64,000 bases of DNA, taken from assembly GCA_964248365.1 (NCBI GenBank), contig CAXTYC010000026.1, positions 1-64,000 of the forward strand, in the 5' to 3' direction. Of this stretch, positions 52,501-64,000 are shown piece by piece. The translations under genes were made by a program, and so were the position numbers. How positions within the stretch are numbered: the stretch's first letter is position 1; each line of letters opens with the position of its first letter. This DNA is from an uncultured Chroococcidiopsis sp. GTDB lineage: Bacteria; Cyanobacteriota; Cyanobacteriia; Cyanobacteriales; Chroococcidiopsidaceae. The notes under the pieces are model-generated. The model had not been told where the DNA came from. It did no database searches and saw only the letters and a list, made by a program, of their open reading frames with translations.

Positions 52501-52583
52501 GGTAACTGGTAGTTGGTAACTGGTAGTTGGTAGTTGGTAACTGATAACTGATAACTGATAACTGATAACTGGTAACTGGTAAC
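52501..52583. repeat. STRR-type heptamer tract (CTGGTAA/TTGGTAG/CTGATAA)n
   Basis: About 11 degenerate tandem copies; similar tracts near 23298 and 56912. Confidence 0.9.
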
Positions 52584-52741
52584 TTCAGGTTGCAGTTGCT
52601 GCCGTTGTGCCAGTTGAAAGACCGGAATTTGAGTTTATCTATTTGTATAAATTATTAGGCACACTAAAGCAGGATAAATTAACTGTCTCTAGTTTTAGTG
52701 ATGTTAAGTAGGTGTGTGGTGAGAGTGAGGAGAAAAAAGCG

Positions 52742-52888
52742 ATGTTTCAGAAACTATTACTAGCAGCGACGATAACTTTGAGTGTCTATCTATTTTCGGG
52801 AGTCCGTTTAAGTGCAAATAACCAAAGTGCAACTAAAGCTTATCTGACAGAAATCCCAACTTTTTCTTATCCAAAGCGTGGAGTGTGA
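52742..52888 (+). CDS. Small 48-aa signal-peptide-like protein (absent from ORF track)
   Basis: GAGGAG RBS, then MFQKLLLAATITLSVYLFSGVRLSANNQSATKAYLTEIPTFSYPKRGV*. Confidence 0.55.
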   Translation: MFQKLLLAATITLSVYLFSGVRLSANNQSATKAYLTEIPTFSYPKRGV

Positions 52889-53226
52889 GGGTCAAATGCG
52901 GTTGGCGAGGATTTCGCCACTGTACATATTAAACCACATAGGGTAACAATGCTAGATCCTGCAATTGTTAGCCATCTGGGGGTTACATTCCTCCATAACC
53001 TTTGATTTATCATGATTTCTTGACAAATTGAAGTAAGCAGCTATCTCTGGGTAGCTCTGGAAACTTAGTATTTTACTATGTAAATATAGCTCTATCTATT
53101 ATCACAAGCAATTTTTTCCCTCAGTCTCCTTTGCTCAGAGGAACAGAGGGCATTTTGTCATATCCTAAATAGAAAGACAATATAAAATTTAAAGTATTTT
53201 TATTTACATATACTCAATTCGACTAG

Positions 53227-53427
53227 CGTAGTATTATCTTACTTGTAAGCAGTTACACACTGCTAATTTTTGGCTGGTGGATTCTTGTAGCACCAGCTTT
53301 ATTAGTTTTGCTGGTAAATGGTGTTGGACTGACTGCATTCTATCAATACGATCAATCTTTGAGAAATCGAATTGCTGAACGTCAATTGATCAAGGTTTAC
53401 AAGGATGGCGATCGCAGTTTGCTCTAA
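53227..53427 (+). pseudogene. Fragment resembling the TM/linker region of a CHASE2 sensor kinase
   Basis: SYTLLIFGWWILVAPALLVLLVNGVGLTAFYQYDQSLRNRIAERQLI, with no start codon and no kinase domain. Confidence 0.55.
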
Positions 53428-53624
53428 TTCTTGAGTATTTGTACGGGAACCAGTGCCAGCCCAAGCAGACAACACGTACGCTCATAGGCGTACCATCTAA
53501 CATTAGACCTCAAGACTCGTCCCAATTGCTACGAGGTCTAGTAAATATTGCTACTGCCATTCCGAGTTGCTGAGCAAGTGTTCGGGAGGCAAGGCTTATT
53601 TACTGCTTGGGGGGTAGGGCGTTG

Positions 53625-56468
53625 CTAGTCGATATTTTGTGTCGCCCCGCTAATCGCATCCAACAAGAACAAACCCATATCTTTATGCAGTGCTTCATTA
53701 TGCTGCGGACACCTGGTTGAATGTAGACACCTTGGACAACCCGCTTCACAATCACATTCGGCTGCTAGGGCAATTGATGCCGCCGCAAATTTAGGTAAGT
53801 CATAGAAAATAGCTTCTGCTGCTCCATTACCACCTTCACAAGTGTCAAAAAAGTAGCCAATTGTTTTAGTCTGTTTTTGCGTTGTAACTATTGCGTCCAC
53901 ATCCAAACTAGAGGATAAAACTACCAAAGGTACAGCTTTTACTATCTGGTGCTGAATGCTGTGCAGTGCTATAAAATCAGCGCTGCTAGTCCACAATGAA
54001 AGATGAAGTTCTGGAATTTCACCACTTGTTGAGTTTATAAGTTCTTTCTTGTATTGGTTAGCTTGTACTTGCAGGGCTTTTTGTAGGGGTTCATTTATTT
54101 CCACTAGGAGGCAGGGTGCTTGGTATTTTGTCACGTAAGGCGGATCAAAAGCCACTTCTGACTGAAGCAAAGTCACTTCAGCGGTGGACAGAGGATGCTT
54201 GCACTTTTGACAAGTTTTTCCTTCAAGCGGTTTTTTATAGTTAGCGCAACGCTGGCTTTTACAAGTCATTCCATAGGCGCGTTTCATCAAACGATAACCT
54301 GTAACTGAATTAGTAATTTCTCCCCAAACCAGAGTTAATCTAACCCGTGCATCTTTGATGTTGGTAGGGACAATCTTGGATTGTGCCAATGTAGAAAGTG
54401 GTTGAATATCTAGTTCCGATTCGGCAGAGGTAAATAAATCTATATCTTTACCTAAAAACGTTAGTATTGCTTCTTGTTTCTCTTCGTTTAGGCTCTCGCT
54501 GCGGTAGGCGATTAACTCTCCGTTTTCATCTTGCACTGTATATATTGCCCCAGGAAATACCTCCCGATGGGCAAGCATAAGAGACATAGTTTCTAAGATT
54601 TCGCCCGTATGCTTGTCAATTAAGGAAATTGAAGTTTGAGTGCTGCTTCTAATATTAATCTCTCTGTGAGGATAACCCCTGCTCCAAAGTTTTCCGTTGC
54701 TCGTTATAAAAATTTTGTTTTGTTGTAAAAGAGAATCTGCAATTGCTAGGGCTGCTTTTCCAAAACGGGTATTGAGTTGATTTAAAGGCAGGCTACTTTC
54801 AACGCAACCGCATTCTAAATGTTTGCCTAGAATTGTTGGATAGTCAGGGTTAAAAGCAGCACGTTCAACTTCGCCGGACAGTAACTGTTCGGGATGCCGA
54901 GCGTAGAATACATCAATCGGGTTTTGTGCCAAGGGTAGATAAATCACAAGTCCGTGCTGTTTGCGTCCAGCTCTTCCCACTCGTTGCCAAAATGACATTA
55001 AGCTACCTGGAAATCCACGAAGCAAACAGCACTCTAGAGCAGGTAAATCAATTCCAGCTTCCAACGAAGAAGTAGAAATAATTACCTTGATTTGTCCGTC
55101 TAGCAGTTTTTGAATAATCTCGCGGCGGCGATCGCTCCTCAAGGAACTGTAAAACACCGCCACCTTGCTTGTTAAATAACCATTTCCTTGGCGTTGTGCT
55201 TCCCTTTGAATTAACCCCAGTAAACCTTTGACAGCAGCACGGGAATTACAAAAGACAATACCACTAAGGTTATGCTGCAACCAGGCTCCTACAATCTTAG
55301 CAGCTTCGACATTAGCTGCATTATTTGGAGCAAGGCATAATAAGGTACGCCCTGAACTAGGAGCGCCACTGCGCTCAATTAGGTGTAGTTTTTCAGGTTC
55401 GTTAGTTCTGCCACTAAACCTAAGCGCCATTTCTTGGGGATTGCCAATTGTGGCACTAGAGCAGATAAATTGCAGAGCGAGGGAATTACCGCCAACAGTA
55501 TCAACAGCTAGGCGCAGCCTCCGCATCAAATTAGCCACATGAGCGCCAAAAGCGCCAACATAAGTGTGTGATTCATCAATTACTACCCAGCGCAACTGTT
55601 TTAAAAACTGTCTCATTCCTTCTTGTGATTCTCGCTGCCGCACATTGTAAAGATAGTAATGCAACAAGTCGGGACTGACTGCTAATATGTTTGGAGGATT
55701 GGGAATAAACAAGCGTATTCGTTCTTCTTTGGGTGTATCACCCGTCATTAATGCGATTTTGAGGCAGTTGTTTGGCATCGCCTCCTTCAGCGATTGCAAC
55801 TTTCCCATTTGATCGAGGGCTAATGCTTTAAGTGGGAAAATATATAATGCCGTTGTTTGCGGTTGCTCGATACACGATTCTAGAATAGCGAGGTTGTAGC
55901 ACAGCGTCTTTCCACTTGCTGTCGGCGTGGTAATACTCAAGTCAAAACCAGCACGTAACTTTGTCAGTGCTTCTAGTTGGTGAGAAAAAATGCTGACGAT
56001 CCCGTTATTGTGCAACCCCAAACGCAAAGCCGGTGGTAAATCGTTGGGTATGGGGTAAACCATTCCTTGATTAGCATCTTTAATATCCACCGTCGTGATG
56101 GTTGCTATTAGTTCTTGAACTACAGACTGAAACGCCAAATGCGGGATTTGCCCAATGCGTTCGGAAATTGTTGCGGTTGCTGCACCCGTTTCTTCGAGCA
56201 ACGGTGTTGTGGAAGAAATTCTGTTGGCATTACTCGGTTTAATCGATCCACGCGCGATCGCTCTTTCCCAATCTCCAAATTGAGTTGGGTTGACTTCTTC
56301 AACAAACTTAGCAATTAACCGTCTGCCCAATATCCCCATTACTTCACCAACTCCATACTCTGGCGAGTAAATATGCTTACCCACACTCAACCATTCGGGA
56401 GGAGGGGGAACAGTAGAGTTGGCGGCACGGATAATTGCGGCGTAATCAGTTGGTTTGTTGTCAGTCAC
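53625..56468 (-). CDS. DEAD/DEAH-box SF2 helicase with C-terminal DUF1998 (Hrq1/MrfA-like)
   Basis: Motifs TPTASGKT, PLKALA, DESH, SAT, LEAGID and QRVGRAGR; C-terminal GGNG...CDCEAGCPRC. Confidence 0.92.
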   Translation of the reverse strand: MTDNKPTDYAAIIRAANSTVPPPPEWLSVGKHIYSPEYGVGEVMGILGRRLIAKFVEEVNPTQFGDWERAIARGSIKPSNANRISSTTPLLEETGAATATISERIGQIPHLAFQSVVQELIATITTVDIKDANQGMVYPIPNDLPPALRLGLHNNGIVSIFSHQLEALTKLRAGFDLSITTPTASGKTLCYNLAILESCIEQPQTTALYIFPLKALALDQMGKLQSLKEAMPNNCLKIALMTGDTPKEERIRLFIPNPPNILAVSPDLLHYYLYNVRQRESQEGMRQFLKQLRWVVIDESHTYVGAFGAHVANLMRRLRLAVDTVGGNSLALQFICSSATIGNPQEMALRFSGRTNEPEKLHLIERSGAPSSGRTLLCLAPNNAANVEAAKIVGAWLQHNLSGIVFCNSRAAVKGLLGLIQREAQRQGNGYLTSKVAVFYSSLRSDRRREIIQKLLDGQIKVIISTSSLEAGIDLPALECCLLRGFPGSLMSFWQRVGRAGRKQHGLVIYLPLAQNPIDVFYARHPEQLLSGEVERAAFNPDYPTILGKHLECGCVESSLPLNQLNTRFGKAALAIADSLLQQNKIFITSNGKLWSRGYPHREINIRSSTQTSISLIDKHTGEILETMSLMLAHREVFPGAIYTVQDENGELIAYRSESLNEEKQEAILTFLGKDIDLFTSAESELDIQPLSTLAQSKIVPTNIKDARVRLTLVWGEITNSVTGYRLMKRAYGMTCKSQRCANYKKPLEGKTCQKCKHPLSTAEVTLLQSEVAFDPPYVTKYQAPCLLVEINEPLQKALQVQANQYKKELINSTSGEIPELHLSLWTSSADFIALHSIQHQIVKAVPLVVLSSSLDVDAIVTTQKQTKTIGYFFDTCEGGNGAAEAIFYDLPKFAAASIALAAECDCEAGCPRCLHSTRCPQHNEALHKDMGLFLLDAISGATQNID

Positions 56469-56755
56469 AAATCTGCGTTTCTGCTATTATTGAGCCATTT
56501 GTTAATTGTAAATATAAACAAGCAGCGGCTGTGGTGGCGATAAGCCCACGTTGCTTGTAACTAGCCAAAATTAGCCGTTGTACTACTGGCTCTATTAGTT
56601 CCGCTTGCAGCAGGAAGCAATGCCTGTCTTCTGCTGCAAGTCCTAAGAACGTGAATAATGCCAGCTGGGTATCTATATTCAGATCCTGGGGCAATACCTA
56701 AATTCAGTGCGATCGCATCGCCGAAACTGGAACAAAAAAAGGGCAAAACATTCAT
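56461..56755 (-). pseudogene. Small ORF coupled to the helicase, possibly frameshifted near 56695
   Basis: An ATG ORF (MNVLPFFC...LNLG) and a TTG ORF (LPQDLNID...ICD*) are offset by one base. The stop of the second overlaps the helicase start. Confidence 0.45.
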
Positions 56756-56968
56756 TTACAAACATTCTCTCAGAGGTCATTTGTGCGTACGATCGCGTTA
56801 CCCTTGGGCGAAACCACAAGAAAAAGAGGCAATCGGGCGCAAAAACTGGGAATCAGTTATCAGTGAAAAGTAGAACAGTGAAAAGTAGAACAGACAAGCA
56901 GTTACCCAAATTGATAACTGATAACTGATAACTGACAATAGTCTCACAAATGCGATCGCAACTATCCT

Positions 56969-58775
56969 TTATTGGCAATGGTAAAGCTCATACTTAAAAC
57001 CATTTGTCTTAAATCTGCGTTGGGAATCTACAACACAGTTTTGGGTATCTTTCTCTAATTTGGCTACGGCGCGGGTAAAATTCACTATCCATAAATCAAA
57101 TGGTCGTGGTAGCCCAGCCAGGGTTTTTGTAAGTGCAATTGTAGAGTTATTAGATAATGGTTCTTGATCAGCTAAGAGAAATCAAGGGTAATTTTTTGCA
57201 GCATTTACTACCCAATTATAAGGATAAAAAAGACGTTTAAACTCATAACCCAACGCCATCATTTCTCTTGTTTGTGCATGAGTTTTGTGAGCAGTAGCAA
57301 TTAGGACTGTATTGTGAGAAGTATTTTGAATAATCGGAACTAAAAGATCTGCTCGTTCAATCTTTTGATAGCCAAAATTGTAAACTACAGTCAAAGCACC
57401 AAGAAAACCCAACAACCAACTTAGTATTACTACTTTTTTACCCTTTGCTTGGAGAAAATGTAACAGAGATTGTTGGCAAGTAGACCATCCTAAATCCATC
57501 CTAGCTGCCAAATTAGTAGCATCCCAACAGATAGCAAATGCGGCTGCGATTACAACTATAAAAGCTGGAAAATAACTGAAGTGATAACGAGCAGCGATGG
57601 ATAAATCAGCACCGAGAGTATAAGTGATACCAAGAAAAAGCGCGATCGCTACCAAAACATATCCACCTAATACAAGAGTTTCTAGGCGAGGTAGCGATCG
57701 CACAAGCCCAATTCGCCAGCCAGAAATTAAGCTTGCTAGTGTCCAGAACAGAAAAATCAGCACCAAAGCACCACAAGCGATCTCAATCGGTGAACTTACT
57801 TCCTCGACGGGCAATAACCACAGCATAGTAATAATCCAAGCCAAGAATCTAGCGATCGTTTCCAGGCTGTTCTGGAAACGATTTCCATTAAAAATCCACT
57901 GCGTCATCTGATTATCTGGAATACTCCGCCAAGCAGGTAGCCAAACCAAGCCCCCCACCAAAGTACCCGCAGCCACTGCATAGAGTCGCCATAAATATGG
58001 GTGAGGGGAAGCTGGGGGAGCTGGGGAAGCAAAAAGAAAATTTGTCTGTTTGCGCCTTTGCGTCTTTGCGTGACCAAAATCCAATTAAAACCAAAGCTTC
58101 GGCACACAGAGTAAGGGCGAAGAAGTAGTGAACAGCAATTCCCAAAGTGTTAACCACCACCCAAGTTAATCCTACCCATATCGGCAGGCTCGTTCGACGA
58201 TGGATAGTCCGCGTGGCTATTATCAAGCAAGACAAGGAAGCGATAATTAACAAAATCGCCAAAGTGTAATGACGGGGTTCTTGAGCTTGATAGATGCCAT
58301 AGGGCGACACCGCCATCGTTGCTGCTGCGATTTGAGCAACTAATCGAGAGCGAAAAGCTAGCCAGCCTAAGCCAAAGATAGCTGGAATTGATACTACCCC
58401 CAAAATAGCACTAAGCGATCGCGCGGCACACAATGAAGCTAATCCATATTCTGTCGGAAATAGCCCCATCCACAGGTGATTCAGCATAAAGTAGACTGGG
58501 GGATGGGTACTCTCAGTCATTAAATTGTGAAAAACTGCACCGAGATCTTTCTGCAAACGAGGTTGCAGCGGCATCAAGAGCGTATCTAGGGCGATCGCCT
58601 GATCGAGTGGTACGCTACTAAAACTATTTCCCAAGCTAAAAACCAGAGTGGCAAATTCATCTGACCAAGGTGATTTTGCCGTTAAATTGGTAAAACGCAA
58701 GGTAGCACCGATCGCTATCCACACCCCTAGCAGTGCAAAATGAAACCAGCCTGTATGGACGATCGCCTTTAACAA
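56969..58775 (-). pseudogene. GT39/PMT-like membrane glycosyltransferase with a frameshift and a premature stop
   Basis: Motifs WSDEF, ESTHPPVYF and QEPRHY. The frame changes in the repeat tract at 58004-58075. After the in-frame TGA at 57184-57182 it continues FLLAD...LPRPFDLWIVNF...YELYHCQ*. Confidence 0.85.
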
Positions 58776-58835
58776 CCCATAGACCTCTCGAAACTATTGA
58801 AAATTAAAAATTAAAAATCAAAAAATGTAAATTCT

Positions 58836-59204
58836 CTAAGCATTGTTTTCTGCTGTGTAGCTATGAGGAAAAGTCTCTCCTACTTGCTCATAGTAGCGGC
58901 AACCCTCACACGGACCAGAGGGATTAACTGCACATCTGAGATAGCCGGAACGGGCATTAAATCGGCAGCTAATATCGCCTATTAGATAACCAACTGAGTC
59001 TAGGTAATAGCGATCGCGCAGCGTCTGGGTAGGAGATTGGCTTGGAATTGGTGTGTTATAACGCCTATGTGTCCTCACTCTATACCTGACGGTCATCGCT
59101 TGCCTTAACCTTGCTTGTGTCTGAGCTTCATTCCGGCGCATCATCCACAGGGAAAACAGAGGTGGCATCAGTCCAACGGCAAAAATCCAAAGGGTTTCCA
59201 ACAC
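58836..59204 (-). CDS. DUF6464 family protein
   Basis: Motif IGDISCRFNARSGYLRCAVNPSGPCEGCRYY. Confidence 0.85.
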   Translation of the reverse strand: MLETLWIFAVGLMPPLFSLWMMRRNEAQTQARLRQAMTVRYRVRTHRRYNTPIPSQSPTQTLRDRYYLDSVGYLIGDISCRFNARSGYLRCAVNPSGPCEGCRYYEQVGETFPHSYTAENNA

Positions 59205-59645
59205 TTAATTGTTACCTCTATGCAAACATTTAGATAAGTTACTCAATACCTACTACCAGGAAAGACGTAGCGGGGCTCGTCTCTACCATTTACCGCGTTC
59301 CCCTAACTACTGTCTTTCTTTAAATTTAAAACAGCTGCTCGATGTCGGAGTGTCTGTGCGAACAGTTGTGTCCGTCCGAATTAAATTAACTGTTCGGTGG
59401 CTAATACGGCACTAGCTTCGTTACGCTTGACATCAAGAACGATTAGTGGTAGATATTCGCTTATCTTTTTGGTTTGCTTTGGCTTGTTATGTAATTCGCT
59501 GTTGACAATTAATGCCGTTGGCGATCGCTTTCAACTTAAATATTGCTATTTCTAACTCGCCTGATTACTGATGTCAGTTCTTTCATACCCATTTGCGGCA
59601 AGCTACTAAAAGAGGGGCTAGCTCCAAGCCACCAGCCCCTTGAGA

Positions 59646-62438
59646 TTAAACTAGCTCCGAAGGCGCGGTCGGCGCTGGTTGAATTTGTGGTTGGAATTGG
59701 AACAGTGAGTATACCACATTGCGGCGAATGTTGGTCATCATGTCCAAAAATAGCTCGTATCCCTCGCTCTTGTACTCGATCAACGGGTCTTTTTGTCCAT
59801 AGCCGCGCAGTCCCACTGATTCGCGTAGGGCATCCATTTGTTGCAGGTGTTCGCGCCAGAGATAGTCAATTTGCTGCAAGATAAAGAATCGCTCGGCTTG
59901 TCGCGTCAGTCCAGGTTGGACTTGCTCGATCTCGGCTTCTTTCATGTCGTAGGCATTTCGCGCCTGCTCATGTAGGAAGGTTTTGATTTCGCTGACAGAA
60001 AGATCGTCTAGTTGCTGTGGCTCTAAATCAGCAAGCAAATAGATAAATTCCTGTACTTTGCTCACTAGCTTAGCCACGTCCCAATCTTCCGATGGTAAGT
60101 CTGGGTTGATGTAGTAATCTACGATCTCATCCATTGTTTTTTCAGCGTACTTGATCACCTGTTCTTTCAGGTCTTGACCTTCGAGTACGCGACGACGTTC
60201 AGCGTAGATAGCACGACGTTGGTTATTCATCACCTCGTCGTACTCAAACACCTGCTTACGAATATCGTAATAGTAGGTTTCAACCTTTTTCTGAGCGCCT
60301 TCCAAGCTGCGGGTGAGCATCCCAGATTCGATGGGCATATCTTCTTCGACTTTGAAGGCATTCATCAAGCCAGCTACGCGATCGCCACCGAATATCCGCA
60401 ACAAGTTATCTTGCAGACTGAGGAAAAATCTCGTAGAACCAGGGTCGCCTTGTCGTCCCGCCCGTCCCCGTAGCTGGTTGTCAATTCGGCGTGATTCGTG
60501 GCGTTCTGTACCAATTACGTGCAGACCACCTAGCGATACTACTTCATCGTGTTCTCGGCTAGTGAATTGTTCGTATTCGTGCTTAACTCGGTTGTATACT
60601 TCCCGCAGCTTTTGAATTACTGGGTCATCTGTAGGAGCTTTTTCAGCGGCGACAGCTATTTTGTCTTCTGCCTCTAGTTCTGGTAAGCTGCGCTCTCCAT
60701 ACTCCTGCACCGCCAAATCTACTGCTTGTTTGAGCAGTTGTTCTGTTTCGCGCGTTAGGCTGGTGGGGTAAATTTGGGGCGACGCTTTCCATGTCTTGAC
60801 TTTCCTACCTGGGACAAAGCCTTGACCGCTACCCGTTGAGGCTGGTATACCGGGAGTGCGTGGTAGGGCAAACATATCTTCTTCATCTGGCTGTACGATG
60901 CGGGGCATAAAGTACTCGCGCAGCTTCAGACGTGCCATGTACTCGGCATTACCACCCAAAATGATGTCTGTGCCTCGACCTGCCATGTTTGTGGCGATCG
61001 TCAATGTACCTTTTCTACCTGCTTGGGCAATGATTTCTGATTCCCGTTCTACGTTCTCTGGTCGGGCGTTGAGTAAGTTGTAGGGAATTCCTAGCTGGTT
61101 TAACAGCCCGCTGAGGTATTCGGATTTTTCAACGCTGGTAGTTCCCACTAGTACAGGTCGCCCCTGTTGATGCATTTCGGCGCATTCTTGGGCGATCGCT
61201 CTCCACTTTGCCTCTTCGGTTTTAAACACCATATCCGACCAGTCTTGGCGGCTTCTACGTCGGTTAGTGGGAATGATTGTTACTTCGAGTTTGTAAATCT
61301 TTTCAAACTCTGCTTCTTCGGTCTTAGCTGTCCCTGTCATGCCTGCTAACTTGTTATATAGCAAGAACAGGTTTTGATAGGTAATCGTTGCCAGAGTCTG
61401 AGTTTCCGGTTGAATCTCTACTCGTTCTTTTGCTTCAATTGCCTGGTGCAGTCCATCACTCCAACGTCGTCCAGGCAGTACCCGTCCGGTAAACTCATCC
61501 ACAATTACTATTTCACCATTGCGGACAATGTAGTTTACATCCTTGAGAAACAGTTCTTTGGCTTTAATTGCATTAAATACAAAGTGCGCCCAAGGATCAT
61601 TGGGGTCGAACAAGTCTGTTACTTCAAGTAAATTTTCTGATTCGGCAAACCCTTCATCTGTTAGCAGCACGTTACGAGCTTTTTCATCTACTTCGTAATG
61701 ATCTTCCTTGTTCAAGGCTGCTGCTATTTGGGCGGCTCGGAGGTATTTTTCTGTTGGTTTTTCAACTTGCCCAGATATAATCAGTGGTGTCCGCGCTTCG
61801 TCGATTAAAATTGAGTCTACCTCGTCAATGATGCAGTAGTTTAATGGACGTTGCACCACATCTGCCATCGAGGTTGCCATGTTATCGCGCAAGTAGTCGA
61901 AGCCGACTTCACTATTTGTGACATAGGTGATGTCGCAGTCATAGTTTTTCTTACGCTCATTGGGTCCCATGCCTTGCTGAATTAGCCCGACACTCAACCC
62001 CAAGAAACGATGCACCTGTCCCATCCACTCGGCATCTCGCCGCGCCAGGTAATCGTTAACGGTGACTACGTGTACTCCTTTACCAGTTAGGGCATTTAAG
62101 TAAGCTGGTAGGGTGGCAACTAAGGTTTTGCCTTCACCAGTTTTCATTTCGGCAATTTGCCCTTGGTGGAGAATAGTGCCACCTAAAAGTTGAACATCAA
62201 AGTGTCGCAGCCCCAACACCCGCCGTGCGGTTTCCCGTACAGTGGCAAATGCTTCTGGTAGTAAGTCATCCAGGGTTTCGCCTTTTTCTAGCCGAGATTT
62301 AAATTCGGCTGTTTTGCTGGCTAGTTGGTCATCGGAAAGTGCCTGAATATCTTCCTCTAACAGGTTGATTTCTGTAACGTAAGGCTGGTATTTTTTGAGC
62401 TTACGAGCGTTTGGATCGCCCAGCAAGGTTTTCAGCAT
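59646..62438 (-). CDS. secA: Preprotein translocase SecA
   Basis: Motifs [32 protein letters not shown] and [13 protein letters not shown]. Confidence 0.98.
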   Translation of the reverse strand: MLKTLLGDPNARKLKKYQPYVTEINLLEEDIQALSDDQLASKTAEFKSRLEKGETLDDLLPEAFATVRETARRVLGLRHFDVQLLGGTILHQGQIAEMKTGEGKTLVATLPAYLNALTGKGVHVVTVNDYLARRDAEWMGQVHRFLGLSVGLIQQGMGPNERKKNYDCDITYVTNSEVGFDYLRDNMATSMADVVQRPLNYCIIDEVDSILIDEARTPLIISGQVEKPTEKYLRAAQIAAALNKEDHYEVDEKARNVLLTDEGFAESENLLEVTDLFDPNDPWAHFVFNAIKAKELFLKDVNYIVRNGEIVIVDEFTGRVLPGRRWSDGLHQAIEAKERVEIQPETQTLATITYQNLFLLYNKLAGMTGTAKTEEAEFEKIYKLEVTIIPTNRRRSRQDWSDMVFKTEEAKWRAIAQECAEMHQQGRPVLVGTTSVEKSEYLSGLLNQLGIPYNLLNARPENVERESEIIAQAGRKGTLTIATNMAGRGTDIILGGNAEYMARLKLREYFMPRIVQPDEEDMFALPRTPGIPASTGSGQGFVPGRKVKTWKASPQIYPTSLTRETEQLLKQAVDLAVQEYGERSLPELEAEDKIAVAAEKAPTDDPVIQKLREVYNRVKHEYEQFTSREHDEVVSLGGLHVIGTERHESRRIDNQLRGRAGRQGDPGSTRFFLSLQDNLLRIFGGDRVAGLMNAFKVEEDMPIESGMLTRSLEGAQKKVETYYYDIRKQVFEYDEVMNNQRRAIYAERRRVLEGQDLKEQVIKYAEKTMDEIVDYYINPDLPSEDWDVAKLVSKVQEFIYLLADLEPQQLDDLSVSEIKTFLHEQARNAYDMKEAEIEQVQPGLTRQAERFFILQQIDYLWREHLQQMDALRESVGLRGYGQKDPLIEYKSEGYELFLDMMTNIRRNVVYSLFQFQPQIQPAPTAPSELV

Positions 62439-62737
62439 GGTTGGTTAAGAGAAAATTTAAGCAGTTATGAGTTTGTCTGTGCGGGTTTTTCAGCAATTGT
62501 CTGTCTGACTACAGATATTTCTGGTAAACCCGTTCGCATCCAAGTTTTGCGTTTTGATTTTGCCATCACCAAGAGTTTGGTGGAAAGTTTTAGCTAATTG
62601 CTAACTTTTTTTCAAAATTTATGATTTTGCAGTTAGTTTTTGCTGATAGTCTTGATTTTAGACTAGATATATCGTATCATTTCCCTCTCTATAGGAAAGA
62701 GGTGGGTAGGCGAAGTCTTTTGGTAGAGAATTCCCAA

Positions 62738-62880
62738 CTAGTGGAACCAGTGGAACCAGTGACTGGTGACTAGAGAAAACCAACCTTTATACTAAGAGTG
62801 TAAATTCTAGGATCGCGTCGCCACTAACCACTTTTCTAGCTAGTGGAACCACTGGTTCCACTAACCACTGGTTCCACTAG
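62738..62880. repeat. Inverted/tandem AGTGGAACC repeat cluster between secA and the cytochrome gene
   Basis: CTAGTGGAACCAGTGG at 62738 pairs with CCACTGGTTCCACTAG ending at 62880. Confidence 0.65.
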
Positions 62881-63444
62881 CTAAGGCGAGTTTTCCCATT
62901 CTGGGGTTAGGCGACGAAAGTTATATTCACTCGCGCTGGGATGACAACTAACACAGCTGCTAGCATTGACCGAGCGTGGTAGCTTGACTTTAGGATGCAA
63001 GGCTTTGAAATAGCGAGAGTCTTCTGTGCGAAATGGTATTTCTTCGTCTTTGTTGAGGGGACGGGAAAAAGCTCTAAGATAGTTCCACACTAGTAAGCGA
63101 GGTGGATCGATTAAAGGTTTAATCTGGACACCGTAATGCTGCGAGTCTTGAAGTACACGTTGCCATGTTTGAGTGGGTAAAACAGCAGGTGGTACAGCAA
63201 TATGGCAAGTAGCACAATTTTCTAAGTATAGTTGTTGCCCTAGTTGGTAGCGCGCTGGAACTGGATCAACTCCTGTGATGGTATCATTTGCCGATTTGGG
63301 GGTGGTTGGTTGGGCATTTGTTACCTGGGCTAAACCCCAGCCTATGACCAGACTCCACAGCAACAGTAGCAGAAATAATAACCCTTGCGATCGCAAGAGT
63401 CGTCGCTGAGATTTTTGCTTTAATTTATTTAACATCCTGAACAC
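62881..63444 (-). CDS. Diheme cytochrome c family protein
   Basis: CATCH and CVSCH heme motifs; LPTQTW; signal/TM segment. Confidence 0.88.
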   Translation of the reverse strand: MFRMLNKLKQKSQRRLLRSQGLLFLLLLLWSLVIGWGLAQVTNAQPTTPKSANDTITGVDPVPARYQLGQQLYLENCATCHIAVPPAVLPTQTWQRVLQDSQHYGVQIKPLIDPPRLLVWNYLRAFSRPLNKDEEIPFRTEDSRYFKALHPKVKLPRSVNASSCVSCHPSASEYNFRRLTPEWENSP

Positions 63445-63812
63445 TCGCCTTTCTTGCAGGCGAAAGCATCTGACACTTTGATATCATATGCGGACTTGCA
63501 TTACCTTCAAGTTCTTGAGCCAGGAAACAAGTCAGACTAGCTGTGTTCATCAGTTACAACGCCCATCAGGTCACATCCTTCCATTCTTGCTGCCTCTAGC
63601 AAACAAAAATGCTTTCTTGTCTAAAAACTTCACTAAAGGGCAAGTGACCAAGCAATTATCAATTATCAACGATCAATTATCAATTAAAAGACAACAAGAG
63701 ACAATGGCTAAAAGTTTGACTCCAATTGTGCTTGATTAGTTGATTGATAATTGTTAATTAATAATTGATAACTGGGGTTCCCAATTTGATCCTAAGAGCA
63801 ATTGGTGTAAAA

Positions 63813-64000
63813 TTAGACTTTAGAGCGATCTGTCAAAATTTCGTAGCCGCTGTCTGTCACCAAGACAGTATGCTCAAATTGAGCCGACAAAGAATTATCT
63901 ACCGTTACAGCTGTCCAGCGATCGGCTAGTATGCGAGTAAGTTTAGATCCAGCATTCAAGATCGGCTCGATAGCAAGTGTCATACCTGAGCGAAGTTTAA
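63813..64000 (-). CDS. map: Methionine aminopeptidase, 3' end (runs off the window)
   Basis: Manual translation: [13 protein letters not shown]...[31 protein letters not shown]. Confidence 0.95.
   Translation of the reverse strand, partial: KLRSGMTLAIEPILNAGSKLTRILADRWTAVTVDNSLSAQFEHTVLVTDSGYEILTDRSKV

Noticed and set aside
52501..52583. Tandem repeats as a CRISPR array
   Set aside because: These are spacer-less heptamers, i.e. ordinary cyanobacterial STRR repeats.
53625..56468. DISARM or Druantia system
   Set aside because: No adjacent methylase, PLD nuclease, SNF2 helicase or Dru partner genes.

Overview
A 64-kb cyanobacterial chromosomal segment, judged from the frequent HIP1 octamer GCGATCGC, heptamer STRR repeats, ccmP, crtR, cyanoexosortase A and ycf46. 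Most of it is housekeeping: murD, glyS, pyk, crtR, aroH, sppA, ribE, pntAB, rpmH-rnpA-yidC-jag, fur, sigC, gpsA, lipA, ccmP, secA and the 3' end of map. Three accessory patches stand out. (1) 1-3000 is a decayed mobile patch with IS remnants, a truncated recD2 and a toxin-antitoxin pair whose PIN toxin is fused in frame to an IS630 transposase half. (2) 43506-49072 is the main finding. It is a ~5.6-kb element just downstream of tRNA-Pro(CGG) with TGT...ACA termini, TnsB-site-like repeats and a flanking TCTAAAA direct repeat. It also holds a lone type V-K CRISPR repeat fragment followed by a degenerate spacer matching that same tRNA next to a GTN PAM, 63 bp from the insertion point. It reads as a non-autonomous relic of a type V-K CRISPR-associated transposon with no tns or cas12k genes, and its cargo is ParB-DNA methyltransferase + NurA-like nuclease + HerA ATPase. 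(3) 53200-58800 holds a DUF1998 helicase module and pseudogenes. All family calls rest on motifs recognised by eye; no searches were run.
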